Assembly (NCBI GenBank): GCA_012026655.1
Contig: JAAILG010000025.1
Span: 62,001-126,000, forward strand
Source of the DNA: Hydrolagus affinis
Taxonomy: Eukaryota
DNA: 64,000 bases
Direction: 5' to 3'
Shown: one piece after another, positions 26,559 through 40,168 of the stretch
Layout: the number at the start of each line of letters is the position of its first letter
Position numbering within the stretch: the stretch's first letter is position 1
Notes under the pieces: model-generated
Databases searched by the model: none
What the model was told of the DNA's origin: nothing
What the model saw: only the letters and a program-made list of their open reading frames with translations
Program-made: the position numbers and the translations under genes

Positions 26559-27567
26559 CTCCCAAGTAAACTGCGTCACATTCAAGTTAATGATATACCA
26601 ACGGTATTAGAGATTATAATCATACCAATGAATATTGGTATGTTTGACTTGTAGAATGATGATTATTATGACAATGCATTCAATTGGAACTTTCTTGATA
26701 AAAGGATTGAGGTCTGCATCTATCCTAATGACTTACTTTAGCTCCTACTGGTCCATTAGATGAACCAGTCTCGAGTGCCAGACTGCTCCATCATTGCAGT
26801 ATAAATTGTTTCCATCATTGCAATTCTGTTGTTTGCGCTTGTTGTTTTCATGCCATATTGCTTTTCTGCTCATAATAATAATATTGATTGTCTCAGCATT
26901 TGATATAAAGCCTTAAAACACAATTGAAACATCTTGAAGCACTTCGCGGGATTCAATGTACAGTGACTGCATTTGTAGGCAACCGCAAATGAGTATTGTG
27001 CAGAGAAAAATGACACAAATATACACTGTTATGTTCCTTACAAATATGGAATTGTATTTCAGTTGTCATTTCAAAATGCCTTGTAATGTATGACCTGAAG
27101 GAATATCTTTGAAGTGCAAGAATCTTCATGACCCTGCAAGTATATACATATCATGGCAGAACATGATTGATGGAAGATAACCTTTTGAATTATTTCATGA
27201 TTCTGAAGAAGCAAAGGCAATGTGTGATCTAAATGCGAGTAAGTATTTCTGTTGTTCACTTGAAGGAAATATCTGTGTTGAACATAAAATGGAGCAAAAG
27301 TCTGTTCCACGGGGAATTCATTGATCCATGGTATCTTCTTCTCTCGATAGTCACAAGATCCTGTTCCAAAGCTATCTAAGAGCTTTGTTAGTGAGTTATA
27401 GCAAGCTCTTCAAACCAAAGGCATTGTGACTAAACCAAATGCTAGCCGTGCACATACACTTTCAAGGGTTCACAGTATAGTGAACTGAATGTGAACTATA
27501 ACTGATTTTTCCACTACTTTGCTGAGGGCTAAAAGCAATTACAGTATAATGCCACTGCTTAAATGAG

Positions 27568-27667
27568 AACTCGGGTGAGCCGGGCATTGAACCCGGGATT
27601 TTCTGCTTCTTCATAGTTTAGTTGCATAGTTGGCAGTGGCTGTACCTACTGAACCAACGAGGGAGCT
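27568..27667 (-). mobile_element. tRNA-like head of an ancient SINE (AmnSINE2-like, tentative name)
   Basis: Reverse strand GCTCCCTCGTTGGTTCAGTAGGTA...CCCGGGTTCAATGCCCGG contains A- and B-box-like motifs. Confidence 0.5.
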
Positions 27668-29334
27668 TTTTTTTGTTAGTTTTTAAATGCAATGTGATGT
27701 GCAGTACGTTCTAATTGTTGGATGGTAAGTTATTCACACTTGTCTTTGCCACTAGTTTATTTTGATTCTTTTTCTTAAGAGCTGGAAAAGCAAAACCAAA
27801 CCTATTCCTTCCGTACAACATTTTGAAAATCTGTGAGAACAGACTGGAATTGCGTGATATTATATTATATCCAAAGTGTTTTGTTTCTATGGTAATTTTT
27901 TTGTGGTAATTAATCATTGTAAGAACAGTTTATGATTCACGAAGGGGAGAAAAATATTCCATCACTTGTTTCTATGTTCAGGGGACTGACTTACGATTGA
28001 CTGAAAAATTGTAAATGCATTAGGATCTTGTTGTTTGTTATTTATTCTGTATCTATGGTATAGAGCTTTTCAATCTACGGTATTTCACACCCAAACGTTC
28101 CCACTGAAACATCTCCTGGCTGAGTGGAGCCTTACTGCTAGAGATTATTGTTGTCTATTTTCCAAAATATACAAAACCCCATCCTCCACGAGCTGAATAT
28201 GTCATTTGTGATCAGTAATTTAGGGGGGGAAAAATATACATTGGCTTCTCCTGTCTATCGTTCTAATTTTACCTTTATGCTTGCCCCAAATTCCTCGGGC
28301 ACTTTCTACGAACAAGCGAGAGAACATTGAGAATGCTACAGATGCATTGCAGTTGTGAAGAGTTCTTTCTAATAACAATTGTAGCATTTCTTTTCTCTTG
28401 ATGCCTCCTTGGAGGTCTCGGATATTGTACAGCCAAGTGGGCAAGCTGCCAACCTGTTTGCAGTGCTTCTCTGCATGAAATGTGTGAGTGGCGGCAGCCG
28501 TGGTATCCTTGGCTTTTGTATCTGAAACAAAATCTAATATAACGTGAATTTATATCTTTTCATTAAACCTGCCAGCTCTCCATTTCACTGTGACAATTTG
28601 GAGATAGTATTGACATTTCATTCACTCATTCGCTTACCAATTCTTTCTGGTTCCCCCACCACCCACCCCCACCCCACTGTCCATCCCCACTTTCCCTCTG
28701 CCAGTGAAGAACTCATAAACTGGCTTCATCTTTCAGATGGAAAGATGCGGATAGAGAGATTGGGGATTTATAGGAAAAGTAATTAACTCTTAGCTTAGAC
28801 TATAAGATTTTCATGTGGTGAAATGAATTCTCAGTGGACTTAAGGTTAATGCAACATTTAAAATGTCATGTTGGACACACAATTCGGAGTTGATCTGTCA
28901 TATTCTTTGAAAATATCACCTATTTTTTAACATTTTACTAAGTATTACATGGAAGCACAACATGTGGGCTGTAACATACAGAATAGGAATTCAAATTTAG
29001 AAAAAAAAATCTACAGTTGTTCATATAACTAAATAAATAAATTTATATTGATTATATTTTACATAATTTATAAATAAATCTCACAACTCTGATTTAATGC
29101 ACACATCAGGGGTAATGCAGAAGATAACTCATCAAATTGATGTAGGCATTAGATTATACAGGATCATAAGATTAGAAAAAAGTATGGACGAACAAGATTT
29201 TATCTCATTCATAGAATTGTTTAAAATTATAACAGGATTTGGTTAACACAGAATAGGCTATTTTTTGTTTTTTATTCCATCGCAGGGGTGAGTTTTCGGT
29301 GACTTGTTTGAAATGACCTCCAAGTGACATGTCA

Positions 29335-29605
29335 TAATAATATAATAATATTAATAACCCTTGCATTTTGATTTAGCACCTTTCAAGTCTTCTAGAGATC
29401 TCAAAGCTCTTCACAAAATATACTGTAAAGTGAATTGATTATATTTGTGGGCGAAACACGGCAGCCAATTGCGCGTAGCAGTGTTCCACAAACAGCCGTG
29501 GGTTGAACTAATCATTTGGATTGTTTTTTTTAGGGATTATTATTAGGCTTTTTGGAGTGTGGAGTAAGGAGACTTGCCCAAGGTTTTGCCCTGATCTTAC
29601 TGGAT
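29335..29605 (-). mobile_element. tRNA-SINE copy lacking the head
   Basis: (AAT)n CCTTGCATTT ... GTGGGCGAAACACGGCAGCCAATTGCGC ... CTTGCCCAAGGTTTTGCCCTGATC. Confidence 0.88.
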
Positions 29606-32600
29606 AGACATACATTTACTGTTTGTCAATGCACATGTGTAGATGACACTAGATATTGATTAAGGAAAAAAAACAATCTCTGTGAGAAGTTTTCCCCTTC
29701 CTTAGACTTTGAACATGGGTTCATTATGTGCCAGTCGCTAACTACAGCAAAGCTTTAGCCACTTGACAATAATAGGCTGGGAAACCCATTCTAAATAAGT
29801 TAACATATTTGCTGAGCCAACAGGGAACAGTGATGAATGCATTTGCGAAAAGTATTTTGATGATAGGTCAAATGCCCTGAGGTGCCATTTTGAATGGATA
29901 CACAGATTGTATAAAACTGTTTACAGAGCTGAAAGCTGCTTTTGAATGAGTTTTCTGGCCCGTTGCTGGTAACACCGTTATGTAGTTTATTTTTTGGAAC
30001 AAAGAGACCAGATTCCAGGTTGTGAACTTTTGAACAGTTTATAGTTGATCTGAATGACTTCTGAATGGGTGCACAAGCCGGATACTCTAGATAATTGCTG
30101 TGTCATTACAGAAACAGCCGTTGAAAGTATTAAATAGAAAAATAAAAGAAATTCTGGTAGAAGTCCTCATGAGAGGAACTAAAGACGTGTAGAGACTCAA
30201 AAGCCTCAGGACCATATTCTCAGATGTACTCATGCACTTCTTGGAATCTGATGAGGGGCTGGTCTTCTCGTTAGATTACTGCAACCTCACTCTCGATGTG
30301 CAACTTGAAGCTATTTCAAACAAAAATCTCCCGTGGACTTTTCTATTAGTAGGATTGCATCTATTCATCAGGTAATGCCTGCATTCCGAGTTGACAACAG
30401 CATTAACCCTCTCGGAGACATCAGTTGGAGAAGATGGCCAACAGATATCTTTAAATATGGCTTATTTCAGAGAATAAAATGACTCCTAAATTCATCGTTA
30501 GCCTGGTGAGCTGCAGATCACTTTGTCTGTAATGGTAGTTTAACGACGCTCAAAGTCTGGTTTGAATGCACCTATTTGCGTTGCTGCCCTTCGTTCCTCT
30601 CCCCTCCACTGACGGATCGCAATAAACAAGATGATTCTGTTTTTCTGCTCCAGTGATGATCACGAAAATAATACAACCATTTGTGTTAAGCTTGCTCTCT
30701 TTATTGTTTTCACAGATCCCATAATTGTCTTGTTGGCAGAATGTACAGATGTTAATGGCGAGTGTTGCCATGGTTATGCCAGATTCTAAACACATCTCCC
30801 CACTTTAATTACAAAGCGAGGTCATAATTATATTTATCAGGAAACACATCTGCAATAGTGTCTCAGTCACAGAGGGAGGAATTGTTCTCTACCCCTCCCC
30901 TCACTTCTAAGTCAACAGGAAAAAAAATAACCTCCAGAGTGCCTTAACCTTCCAATTAATATTCAGAATTCTTGTGAATTGAGTAGGAGCATTTGAGCAT
31001 TTGATTTGGTTAGAGGAGTGGGGGTGTTGTGAAAATTTCTGATTCTGGAAAGATTCGTCTTTCGGGACAGCGGAACAGGCAGTTTTATTCATCTCATTAG
31101 CTGTGAAATGATGCACCAATTTCCGCATTCTAATCTCGGTAATTGAATTGCGTCAAATCCGTTTGAGTCTCCGTCTTGTGGTGCTGCCAAGTATTCGACT
31201 GCATTAATATCTCAGAGTACAGGGCTGCAGCATGCGGCATTAAAATCTCAGGCATACTATTGTATTACTGTACTTTGCTGGGCAGCACATTTTGCGTGTG
31301 CTACTTAAGCCAGCAATAGATTGTTCGTGCACAGGAATATTGTCAGGATGAAAACATTTTTTTTTCAGGATGGAAAAAAAAAGCACTCTAGTGTTTGTCT
31401 TTGGGAACGTGAATAGCATATGAGAGATTTGCAAGCCTGGAGACTTTACTTCTGGATGTGCAAATTTGATCAGCTGGCCGCCTGAAGATAAAAAAAAAGT
31501 GGAGCCATCAACAAAAATAAGGACAATCATAAGATGCATTTGCTTCAGGTCTAATTTCGGTTGTGAATCCGCATTATTTTGTATCTGGTATGACTATACG
31601 CTGGATGCCAGCGTTGCTGGGTTTTCTAATCTGAATCGCTCGACCTGGAAGGGAACTTCTGATTTATCTGTTTTTTCCAATTGTTCCTGGATGAAGTACA
31701 GCCAATTGACAGGGAATGGTTGTGTTGGAAGGGATTGCATGGGTTGGAATATTGTCCTTTCATTTCATATAATTCAGTGTCAATCAGCAAGAGATAGCAC
31801 TTAGGCAAAATTGTCCGACTGGCTTTGAAGAGATATCCAAATCCAAGGTAGAGTTGGAGGTATACACATTCTCTCAACCTCGTCAGCAAAATCCCTAATG
31901 GGTGGGGTGATATGATCAGGTTAAAAACTATCCGTACTATTAGTCATTATTTAATTGTAAAATACTGATATAGATGTAGAATTAAATTGGAATAGAACCA
32001 TATTTTTAAGGTGTATTTCCGAGGAATGGACTGAATAGACTATGTCATGCCTATCATAAACTGTTGCATACCAAAAACACACCAACTAAGGAAGGAGGGA
32101 GAGGACAGAGATGCTGGAATACAGATACTGCTGATATGTATGAGCTGATGATGAAAATTACATTAAATATTTGGATATTATCCCAAAGGGAGAAACTGGC
32201 AAAATATTGAGCAAAATTCTTTGCGCGTTTGCAATTATTCTGACGATGACATTAATTAATGATGTTCACTGTATTGTTTTGTTGGTTTAACAATAATTTG
32301 ACGATGGTTGGAAACTGTGCAGCGAAGCTGTAAACTGCACGCGTTGGAAGTAAATGTGGTCCGGATGCAATGTGGCAATATTGGGCATTTGGCGTCTTGG
32401 CACAGGGCAGTTATTTGTGAGAGAATCAATTGCATTGATCTTTTCTTCAAGTGAGAAAGTTTTCCTTTAAGCCGCAATCCAGTTAAGGCGGCTTATTAGT
32501 GTTATTGATGCCTAGTGTGTACTGCCTTTGTTGCATTGATCTGAGTATAAGAATTTTGCTGATTCAACATGAAAACCTTATTGTATAAATTTGGCCGCAA

Positions 32601-34375
32601 ATGTGTGAACAAGAAGCGATTTTGCTGAAGCACAGGAGATGTTGGTACCTCATTGGGGAGGAAAATTTTACCAGGATATTAATTTGCATAAATTTGAAGC
32701 ATAATATGAATCAATTTAGCCTCTGCTCAAAATTGAACTTTAAAGTTCACGAAAGGCCCAGTGTAACATCCCAAACCTCTTGAAGAACCGTTTTCATTTT
32801 CTAATTACATTTATTTTCTTTCACTCCAAAGGGTGCTGTTTCTCTTACTGAGCAATGGTTCTGAAGGCAACAACTCCCCTCCTTGTAATGAAGACGTGTT
32901 TGCAATATTCAACTCTGAAATTCACTTCTTTGTCATTCCCAAGTTGCATATTCAAATATGAAACCAGACAGTGAGTGTTGTCAAGTTGTCTTTAACAATT
33001 GGAGGTATCGCTCTGTAGCCTGATTTGAGTCCTCGTCTGAAATCAGCATGACCACTTGCATGTAATGCATGTGCAGCACTCTCCTCTGTTGCTTTTGAGA
33101 ATGATTGGGGAAGACATTTAGAAATCTAAGCTCCCTTCTCTAAATTGCTCCCTCAATGAGCGTTGCTTCCAGCAGTGTAAACTTAGCATACCAAATATTG
33201 CAACCTGCCTCAATGACATTTTGGAAGCACGTAAGAAGCCTAACCTTTCTTTGCAAGGAACCTAACAATATTAGCGACATCCATAATCTCATGAACCGTT
33301 TTAAGGTTTTTTTGCTTACCCAAATTAAATCGAAGTCAAGTACCCCTGCCCAGTGGTACTTGCTTTCCATTGTAATATACAATAAGGCAACAGGCACGTA
33401 TAACAAAACCTTTGCAAATCTATAGTTAAGTAAAACTCAGTCACCTCCAGGACTAAGTGGTAGACAATGATTGCACACAACAGCTCTCGGATACCAGACT
33501 ATTATTTCTCTCTATGTAGGGCATTGTTGGATTTTGGCTGCTTCAGGTCACTGAATCTTTCTTGCTTTTGGGCACAATTATCATAGCTGTCTTGAAATGA
33601 AGCAAATGTATCAAAAATTAGGTGAAAGCTCTATCTGATTTGACATGTCCCTGGCTTTCAGGGAAATATCGTAGAGACTTAATACTCCTGAGTGGTAATA
33701 GGAGGAGAACATCTGTACCGTGTAGCATTGTAATTATTTATATTACATTTATAACAATTCCATTTAATGTTTTATTAAAACGTACTCTTTAAGTGGGGGC
33801 AAAGATCTGACTGTGCTTCAACCTACTTTCCACGAAGCATCCTGAACATGATCAGACCATTAAATATTTGGTTGATTAAATACATAGTGACAGTGTGTTT
33901 TACATTAGCTAAATTGCAACGACAACATTGAAATGCTGTTACAAATGTTTTTTTTTGTGATCTCAGCAGTAAATTTGCTGTCTTGCGTTTTCCCAATCAT
34001 TGTTCCAACTCTACACATGATTTGTACATGTTATAATATAGTCAATTGTTTTAATGGGTCAAAAAAAAAATCCACTTCTGGTAACTAACTTCATTATTCA
34101 TCCAGCAGTTTTCAATCATATTATTCCTGGCTGCTCTGAGAATCACAGGCGGTATCTTGAATGAATGCACGCACTAGTTTAATAGTTAAAGGTTACTCAG
34201 CATGTAATGTATTCCAGGTTCAATACAATGGAGGGAATTAGAGAGTGAGATATTTTGCGCTGAGCTTGGGTTCAGATGTACTTGGAATAAATCTACTTGT
34301 TCCCACCATTTTGTTTGAGATGCATGACATTGTTAAGATTTAAAACAAATTCAGTAAACCACATAACATAAAATC

Positions 34376-34480
34376 ATAATCCTTGCATTTGACATAGCGC
34401 CTTATCACGTCTTTGAGACTTCTCAAAGCGCTTCATAGAATAAACTGTAAAGTTAAATGACTGTATATTTTGCGGGCGAA
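34376..34480 (-). mobile_element. SINE 3' fragment
   Basis: ATAATCCTTGCATTTGACATAGCGCC...GCGGGCGAA. Confidence 0.8.
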
Positions 34481-34750
34481 TAATGACCGTGTCTCCTGTA
34501 TAACATTGTACTTTATTACAGTGCGATTGGAAAGTCAAATGGGTAGATGAGTAAATTGCCCCAAGCTTCATAATTTCCATGTTTTACCCCACTTTTTCTA
34601 GATGACATAAGATTTGGAAATAAAGAGCCTTCTTTTGGGGTCATATCATTCCACTATTTATGAAAAATTACACTGAATGTGGGATCATATGTGAGATTTT
34701 ACTTCCAATGGTAAAATATTGAATGGGTGCTCAAACCTTGCACATAAAGT

Positions 34751-35080
34751 GGAGTCCTGTAGCTCAGTGGTCAGACCACTTGCCTTACAAGCGTGAGACC
34801 TGTGTTCGAATCCAGGCAGGTCAAGGCGAAAGCTTGGGCAAGTTTCCTGACTCCACATGCCTAATAATAATCCATCCAAAAACGAAACAGTAATAAAATT
34901 GGTCATTTCAATCCACGACTGTTTTGTGGGACACTGCTGTGCACAATTAGCTGCCGTGTTTCGCCCACAAAATATACAGTCAATTCACTTTACAGTACAT
35001 TCTGTGAAGTGCTTTGAGACGTCTAGAGGACGTGAAAAGCACTATATCAAATGCAAGGAATATTATCATTATTATTATTA
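34751..35080 (+). mobile_element. Full-length tRNA-derived SINE with L2-type tail (chimaera SINE2-type family)
   Basis: A box TAGCTCAGTGG, B box GTTCGAATC, body ...TTGGGCAAGTTTCC...GCTGCCGTGTTTCGCCCACAAAATATACAGTCAATTCACTTTACAG, tail GTGAAAAGCACTATATCAAATGCAAGG(ATT)n. Many related copies in the window. Confidence 0.92.
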
Positions 35081-35982
35081 TAAATGGACCTAAGCATTTT
35101 CAGATACCCATGTTTTGAAAAAAAATTCCTTCCATCTTTTGAGACATGTTTCCTTATTGTGGGCCAACACAAGACTTGTTTGCAAAGCGTGGTGTCACTG
35201 ATCCTGTGTGTTTTCCTTCCGGTCACTGTATTTCCAGGAGATTTTCGAATGATTAAGATGAACGTAGCTAATCTTAAATCCTGGAAGCAGTACCTTTCCG
35301 TCACCACAACCTCCTGTTTTTTTTTCCCCTCCAACAAAGAGGACAATCTATTCTAATCATTTTGAATTAACACAGACTGACTGGGGGATTGGAATTTATG
35401 TCGTTTTATCTCTCTGAAATGCCACAGTGACTGCCACTGTTGTTGGCCTGCCAACATGGCATTGTGTGGTATTCAAGCAGTGAATGAGCCCAGTGTTTAA
35501 TGTGCCCGAGAGCCACAAAAACAGCAGTTGACATATCTGCAACCTTGTGGCCCGTTCCAAAGATTAAGCACGCAAGACAATTGTACATTTTACATATGAA
35601 CTTCTTTTAACTGAACAGGGCGATGCTTCACTTTCTTTGTATTAATGACGCTCCAGCGTTTTAAAAAGAAATCTTTGTTTCAGTCGGCAGATACCCCATT
35701 GTGAAGTGCGTTCGAAGCAATCAACACCCGCTTGATAACAAGTGAGAACGTCATGGCAGGACATTTCCAATTCAGAGAGAGTTGTTAATCCACCATCAAT
35801 AATGGGCAGTTTATTATCTCGTTGAAGTTTGGAGTTTATAATGGGTGAAATGTTAATCAGAGATTCCCCTGTGGAGGTGGATGTTCAACATCTATCCTCA
35901 TGACGCTATTTGAGAAGAGAAGGAAGTTTCTCCTGTGTCCTGAGACTGGACGGCGCAAATTGGCTGCTGAGTTTACCGACAC

Positions 35983-36308
35983 ATAATAATAATAATAAAA
36001 ATAATAATCCTTGCATTTGAGATAGTGCTTTTCACGTCTTCTAGACGTCTCAAAGCACTTCACAGAATACACTGTAAAGTGAATTGACTGTATATTTGTG
36101 GGCGAAATGCGGCAACCAATTGCGTACAACAGTGTGCCATAAACAATCATGGATTGAAATGTTCCAATTTTATTCTTTTTTTTGAGGGATTGTTATTAGG
36201 CGTGTGGAGTAAGGAAACTTGCCCAAGGTTTCACCCTGACCTGCCTGCATTCGAACACGGGTCTCATATTTGTATGGCGAGTGCTCTAACCACTGAGCTA
36301 TAGGACTT
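35983..36308 (-). mobile_element. Full-length copy of the tRNA-SINE
   Basis: Reverse complement is colinear with 34751-35080; (AAT)n at the left end, CACTGAGCTATAGGAC at the right end. Confidence 0.9.
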
Positions 36309-37372
36309 GACAGCAGTTACCTGTGAAGCACATTGAGATGGTTCAATGTGATATATATATTTTTTAAAAAGTCATTTCTTTCTGATATTTTTTAACATTT
36401 TACATTGCACGCCTTAGTAATCCCCAATTAATTCTTGCTTATTTTCTGGCACAAAATTGCATTAAAAGATTTCTACATTCCCTATTGGAAAACTGGGTAA
36501 AAATACAACAGGAATCTGCCAACAGTAGTATTTTGAACAGAACAAGAAGGTGCTCGTGTTTCTGAACGTGCTGAATGAGTACTGCTGAGGAGGATTTAGT
36601 GTTTTTTATAAGTACGTGGTGTGACTTTCAATGATCCATAATCAAAGACCTCCGAATACCCAGAGAGCTGTGGCAAGAGACGGCACGAGTAAAAACTGCC
36701 TCCTCCTGAATGTATATAAGCTTCAAGAGCTTCATTACTTTAATGCATTTGCCCTGCTAGAGATGATGTATTCGTCAGAAATGAAGGGCTATGTAATGAA
36801 GGGCTGGGTTTTTCTTCATACAGCGAATACCTCACTGATTGTGACTCAGCTGGCACAGTTCTGACTGGGTTGATGTTGAATCGAATCATTGAATATGTCA
36901 CTCTGCTGCAGAATAACGCCAATTTCTTTGTCTCTTAAGATCGAATGTAGCAGATGACTATTCAGGTGTTTTTTTGTGTGTAAAGGTAAATGGAACGTTG
37001 ATGTGTGCGTGTGCATGTGTGTATGTGTGTGGGTTAACAAGATTATCCAGATGAATAACTGGATACCATTCATCCTTTTGCCTCATATAGGTGTGTGTAT
37101 CTGTTTGTCAGGTTTTTTTTTCGCCTTGCTGGTCCTCAAAGAAAAAGTTGAGAAAATAAAGCAGGCCCCACATACGTTTTTCTCTTCCCAACTGCAAACG
37201 TTTGCACGAATGTCTCCTTAATATTTTTGCCGGCAGGAGATGAATACAGAAGCTTGAGGTTTGGCTCAATGACTAAATCTCCAGAGTCATGTTCATTGCA
37301 GATGTTTGCTGGTTTGGCCACTGCAGTATTGCGATGTGGGTGACTTAAAACAAGCGCAATTCTCCTTTGCAA

Positions 37373-37615
37373 ACAACAAACAACAGAACGCAAAATACTA
37401 CAGATGCTGGGAATCTGAAACAAAAACAGAAGTTGCTGGGGAAACTCAGCAGGTCAGGCAGCATCCATGGAGAAAGGAAAAGGAGTCAACGTTTTGGGTC
37501 TACCACCCTTCAGTTCTGACGAAGGGTTGTAGACCCGAAACGTTGACTCCTTTTCCTTTCTCCATGGATGCTGCCTGACCTCCTGAGTTTCCCCAGCAAC
37601 TTCTGTTTTTGTTTC
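37373..37615. mobile_element. Palindromic non-autonomous Penelope-like insert with 13-bp target-site duplication
   Basis: 95-bp inverted arms (37417-37511 / 37521-37615, 3 mismatches) around a 9-nt loop; TTCTCCTTTGCAA repeated at 37360-37372 and 37613-37625. Penelope assignment rests on the hammerhead core and remembered shark repeats. Confidence 0.75.
37512..37548 (+). ncRNA. Minimal type I hammerhead ribozyme motif (Penelope-type)
   Basis: AGUU-CUGACGA-A-GGGUU(GUA)GACCC-GAAA-CG-UU-GACU: both conserved core boxes, 5-bp helix II, 4-bp helix I (AGUU/GACU), self-complementary AACGUU at helix III. Confidence 0.6.
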
Positions 37616-38699
37616 TCCTTTGCAAGCGCTCGTTCGCTTGAGGTTTTTCAAAGCTGCAAATAATGATATCAACTCCGCCATTTTTCCATCTGCAAGAAAC
37701 TGCAAAAGACGTGTCCATCTGCTGCTACCAACCAATTCTGTTTAGCGATGTTGGAAGGTACTGAAATAAATGGACCCAGTGCCAATAAACCCTTCGCAGG
37801 TTTTACTTGATTATTCCTTCAATATACAGTAATCTGTAACGCCACTCTGGCTTAACTTGTCACCACCACGTAAGTCATTGTGCTGCTAATTTCCCTTCTG
37901 CAATTATTTATGTATTCATAATATGTGTCGAAACCGACTGTTTTTCACTTCCACACGGTTGGATACGGTAATATTACTGATTCCGTTTTACAACCGATGT
38001 ACAACAGAGAAACCGGCCACTTGATCCAACTAGTCTGTGCCTGTGTTTATATTCTAGGACTCAGATATATTCTTGCTTAACCCAAATCCAAGCAAGATAG
38101 TGGTGCACTGTGCTGTTTTACAACCATTATTCAGAAGTCCGCAGGGATAGGGAGAAAGAGAGAGAGATGGTATAAATAAGTATTTTTATGCTGTGCCTTC
38201 ATTAAAGGGGAAATGCGTTTAGGGATGCCGAAATTTCGACCTTGAACCCCTGCAGAAAAGAAAATTTTTGTTACCCATGACATTTGATGGTTGACTGGAA
38301 GGGCAGCTACTGAAGGAACAGCAGATTTAACGGCAGAGCTTTAAATCAACCCCACACAAAAGTGCGGCATGGAGAGTGCACAAATGGTGCATTTCTGCAA
38401 TCTGGAGCTTCAATTGCGCGCACGTTAGCTGTGAATAATTGGTGACTCGGGTTCGATCAGGTGGTGAAATTCTTCAGTTGATAGCGTTTAATGAAACTCT
38501 GGAACATGATGACTGGAATCAGTTCTCGGCCCAATTTATGCAATTACTAGATGCTCACAAATCTCAGGTAGATAAACTTCCATACGAGAATCTCCGTCAA
38601 AATGTAGAAAGGGTGCAGAGTTCCCACTGGTCAAAGTGATTTTCTTCCAGTTTTTGAGAATAGCCCCCTTTCAAGTAGTTTGGGATCTTTATAACGATT

Positions 38700-39005
38700 A
38701 AATGGGACGAGGCGGGGTTGACAGGTGGGATGGTGGCTGAATGCATGGTTGAAGAGGATCTTGAGATTGGTCTTGAAGGAGGCAAGGGAGGGAGCAAGGC
38801 AAAGGAGTTGTGTGATGGAGTTCCAAAGCGTAGGGGCAGACAGATTGAATGCCCTGGCCACCAATAGTAAGGCGGGTTTGGCGGGAGATATGGAGTGGGC
38901 TGGATCCTGCTGAATGGAAGAAGCGGACAGGTTGATAGGGTGTCAGCAGGTCAGAGAGGTAGGAGGGGCAAGGCCTTGGAGGGCCTTGAAAGTGAGGAGG
39001 ATATT
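38700..39005 (-). mobile_element. L2 LINE 3' fragment
   Basis: NILLTFKALQGLAP... and ARAFNLSAPTLWNSITQLLCLAPSLASFKTNLKILF. Confidence 0.85.
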
Positions 39006-39885
39006 TAATTCAAATAAATAGTGATATGATTGCCTGTAGGTGGGAATCTGTTTTTGATGTTTGTTTATCATCTGAATTTCATGCCATTCAGTAAATGTAT
39101 TAAAATTCCCAGATATTGACTCGAAACTTCTGATTTGTTGAAATTGCTTTGACACAGATAGATGACAGTTTTTAATTCCATTGTCTATTTTATCTGTTTT
39201 CATTAGTGCTGCCTTTTGACAACCTGGTAGATTCTTATTTTTGGCCCTTATCTTATTGTCAATATATTGAGCTCTGTCTGTGCGATTTTTCTCTTTATCT
39301 GATGAGTACCGGTAGCTAATTCTAGTCTGGCAAGTGTGCATGTTCCAATTTAATCTCTGCAGAGGAGGAAAGACAGTCTGTTGCAAGTGCAGATCCTTGT
39401 TAAATAATAGTATACTAAAGGACAATTGTCCAAATTGTATTGTGAATCCAAATTAAATAACTTGCTTTCACCCTACATTGAGCATCAACATTTTCAAGAA
39501 GCGCTCGAGTAATATTGGTCGAAAAGGGGCTGTTTAAATTTGCAATCCTGTTCTTACGCAAGTAAATGGCATTTCAAAAAATGCTTTCAAACATTTAAAC
39601 AAAAATCACCAAAGTTACGCTCACCTGTTCGCTATTCTGGAAGCATTTTTGCTTTTTTTTGAATACTGGGAGAACATTTGTGGATCTTGGCTTCTTTTCT
39701 ACCATAGAATACATTCTGTTTGGTGCCCTTCTTTTCATAATTGAGCTCCAGCTCTCAAAAGCGTTCTGCTCAAACATCTCAGATGTTTCTCTATTCAATA
39801 TTATCCAAAATGCACTAAACATTACAATCATAGCCTCGGAAATGATCTGCACCCCGACTGCCATGATCGTTCGCTGAGGGTCACA

Positions 39886-40168
39886 ATAATAATAGTAATA
39901 ATCCTTGCATTTCATATAGCATCTTATCACCTATTGATAGACGTCTCAAGGCGCTTCACAGAATAACTAGAAAAGTGAATTGACTGTATATTTGTGGGCG
40001 AAACGTGGCAACCAATTGCGCATAGCAGCGTCCCATAATAGTTGTGGATTGAAATGACCAATTTAATGTAGGTTTTTTGGGGGATGGATTATTATTAGGC
40101 ATGTAGAGTAAGGAAACTTGCCCAAGGTTTCATCCTGACCTGCCTGGATTTGAAACACGCATGTCTCA
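39886..40168 (-). mobile_element. tRNA-SINE copy, 5' truncated
   Basis: Tail, body and B-box region colinear with the other copies. Confidence 0.88.

Noticed and set aside
34751-34822. tRNA-Val(TAC) gene
   Set aside because: It has A/B boxes and an anticodon-like loop but no proper acceptor stem, and it continues into the SINE body as in many other copies.
37306-37735. Two opposite-strand ORFs sharing the same peptide (possible toxin-antitoxin or gene pair)
   Set aside because: An artefact of the DNA palindrome.
38943-39425. 160-aa minus-strand ORF
   Set aside because: AT-rich random-looking sequence ending in an L2 fragment; no domain or exon signature.
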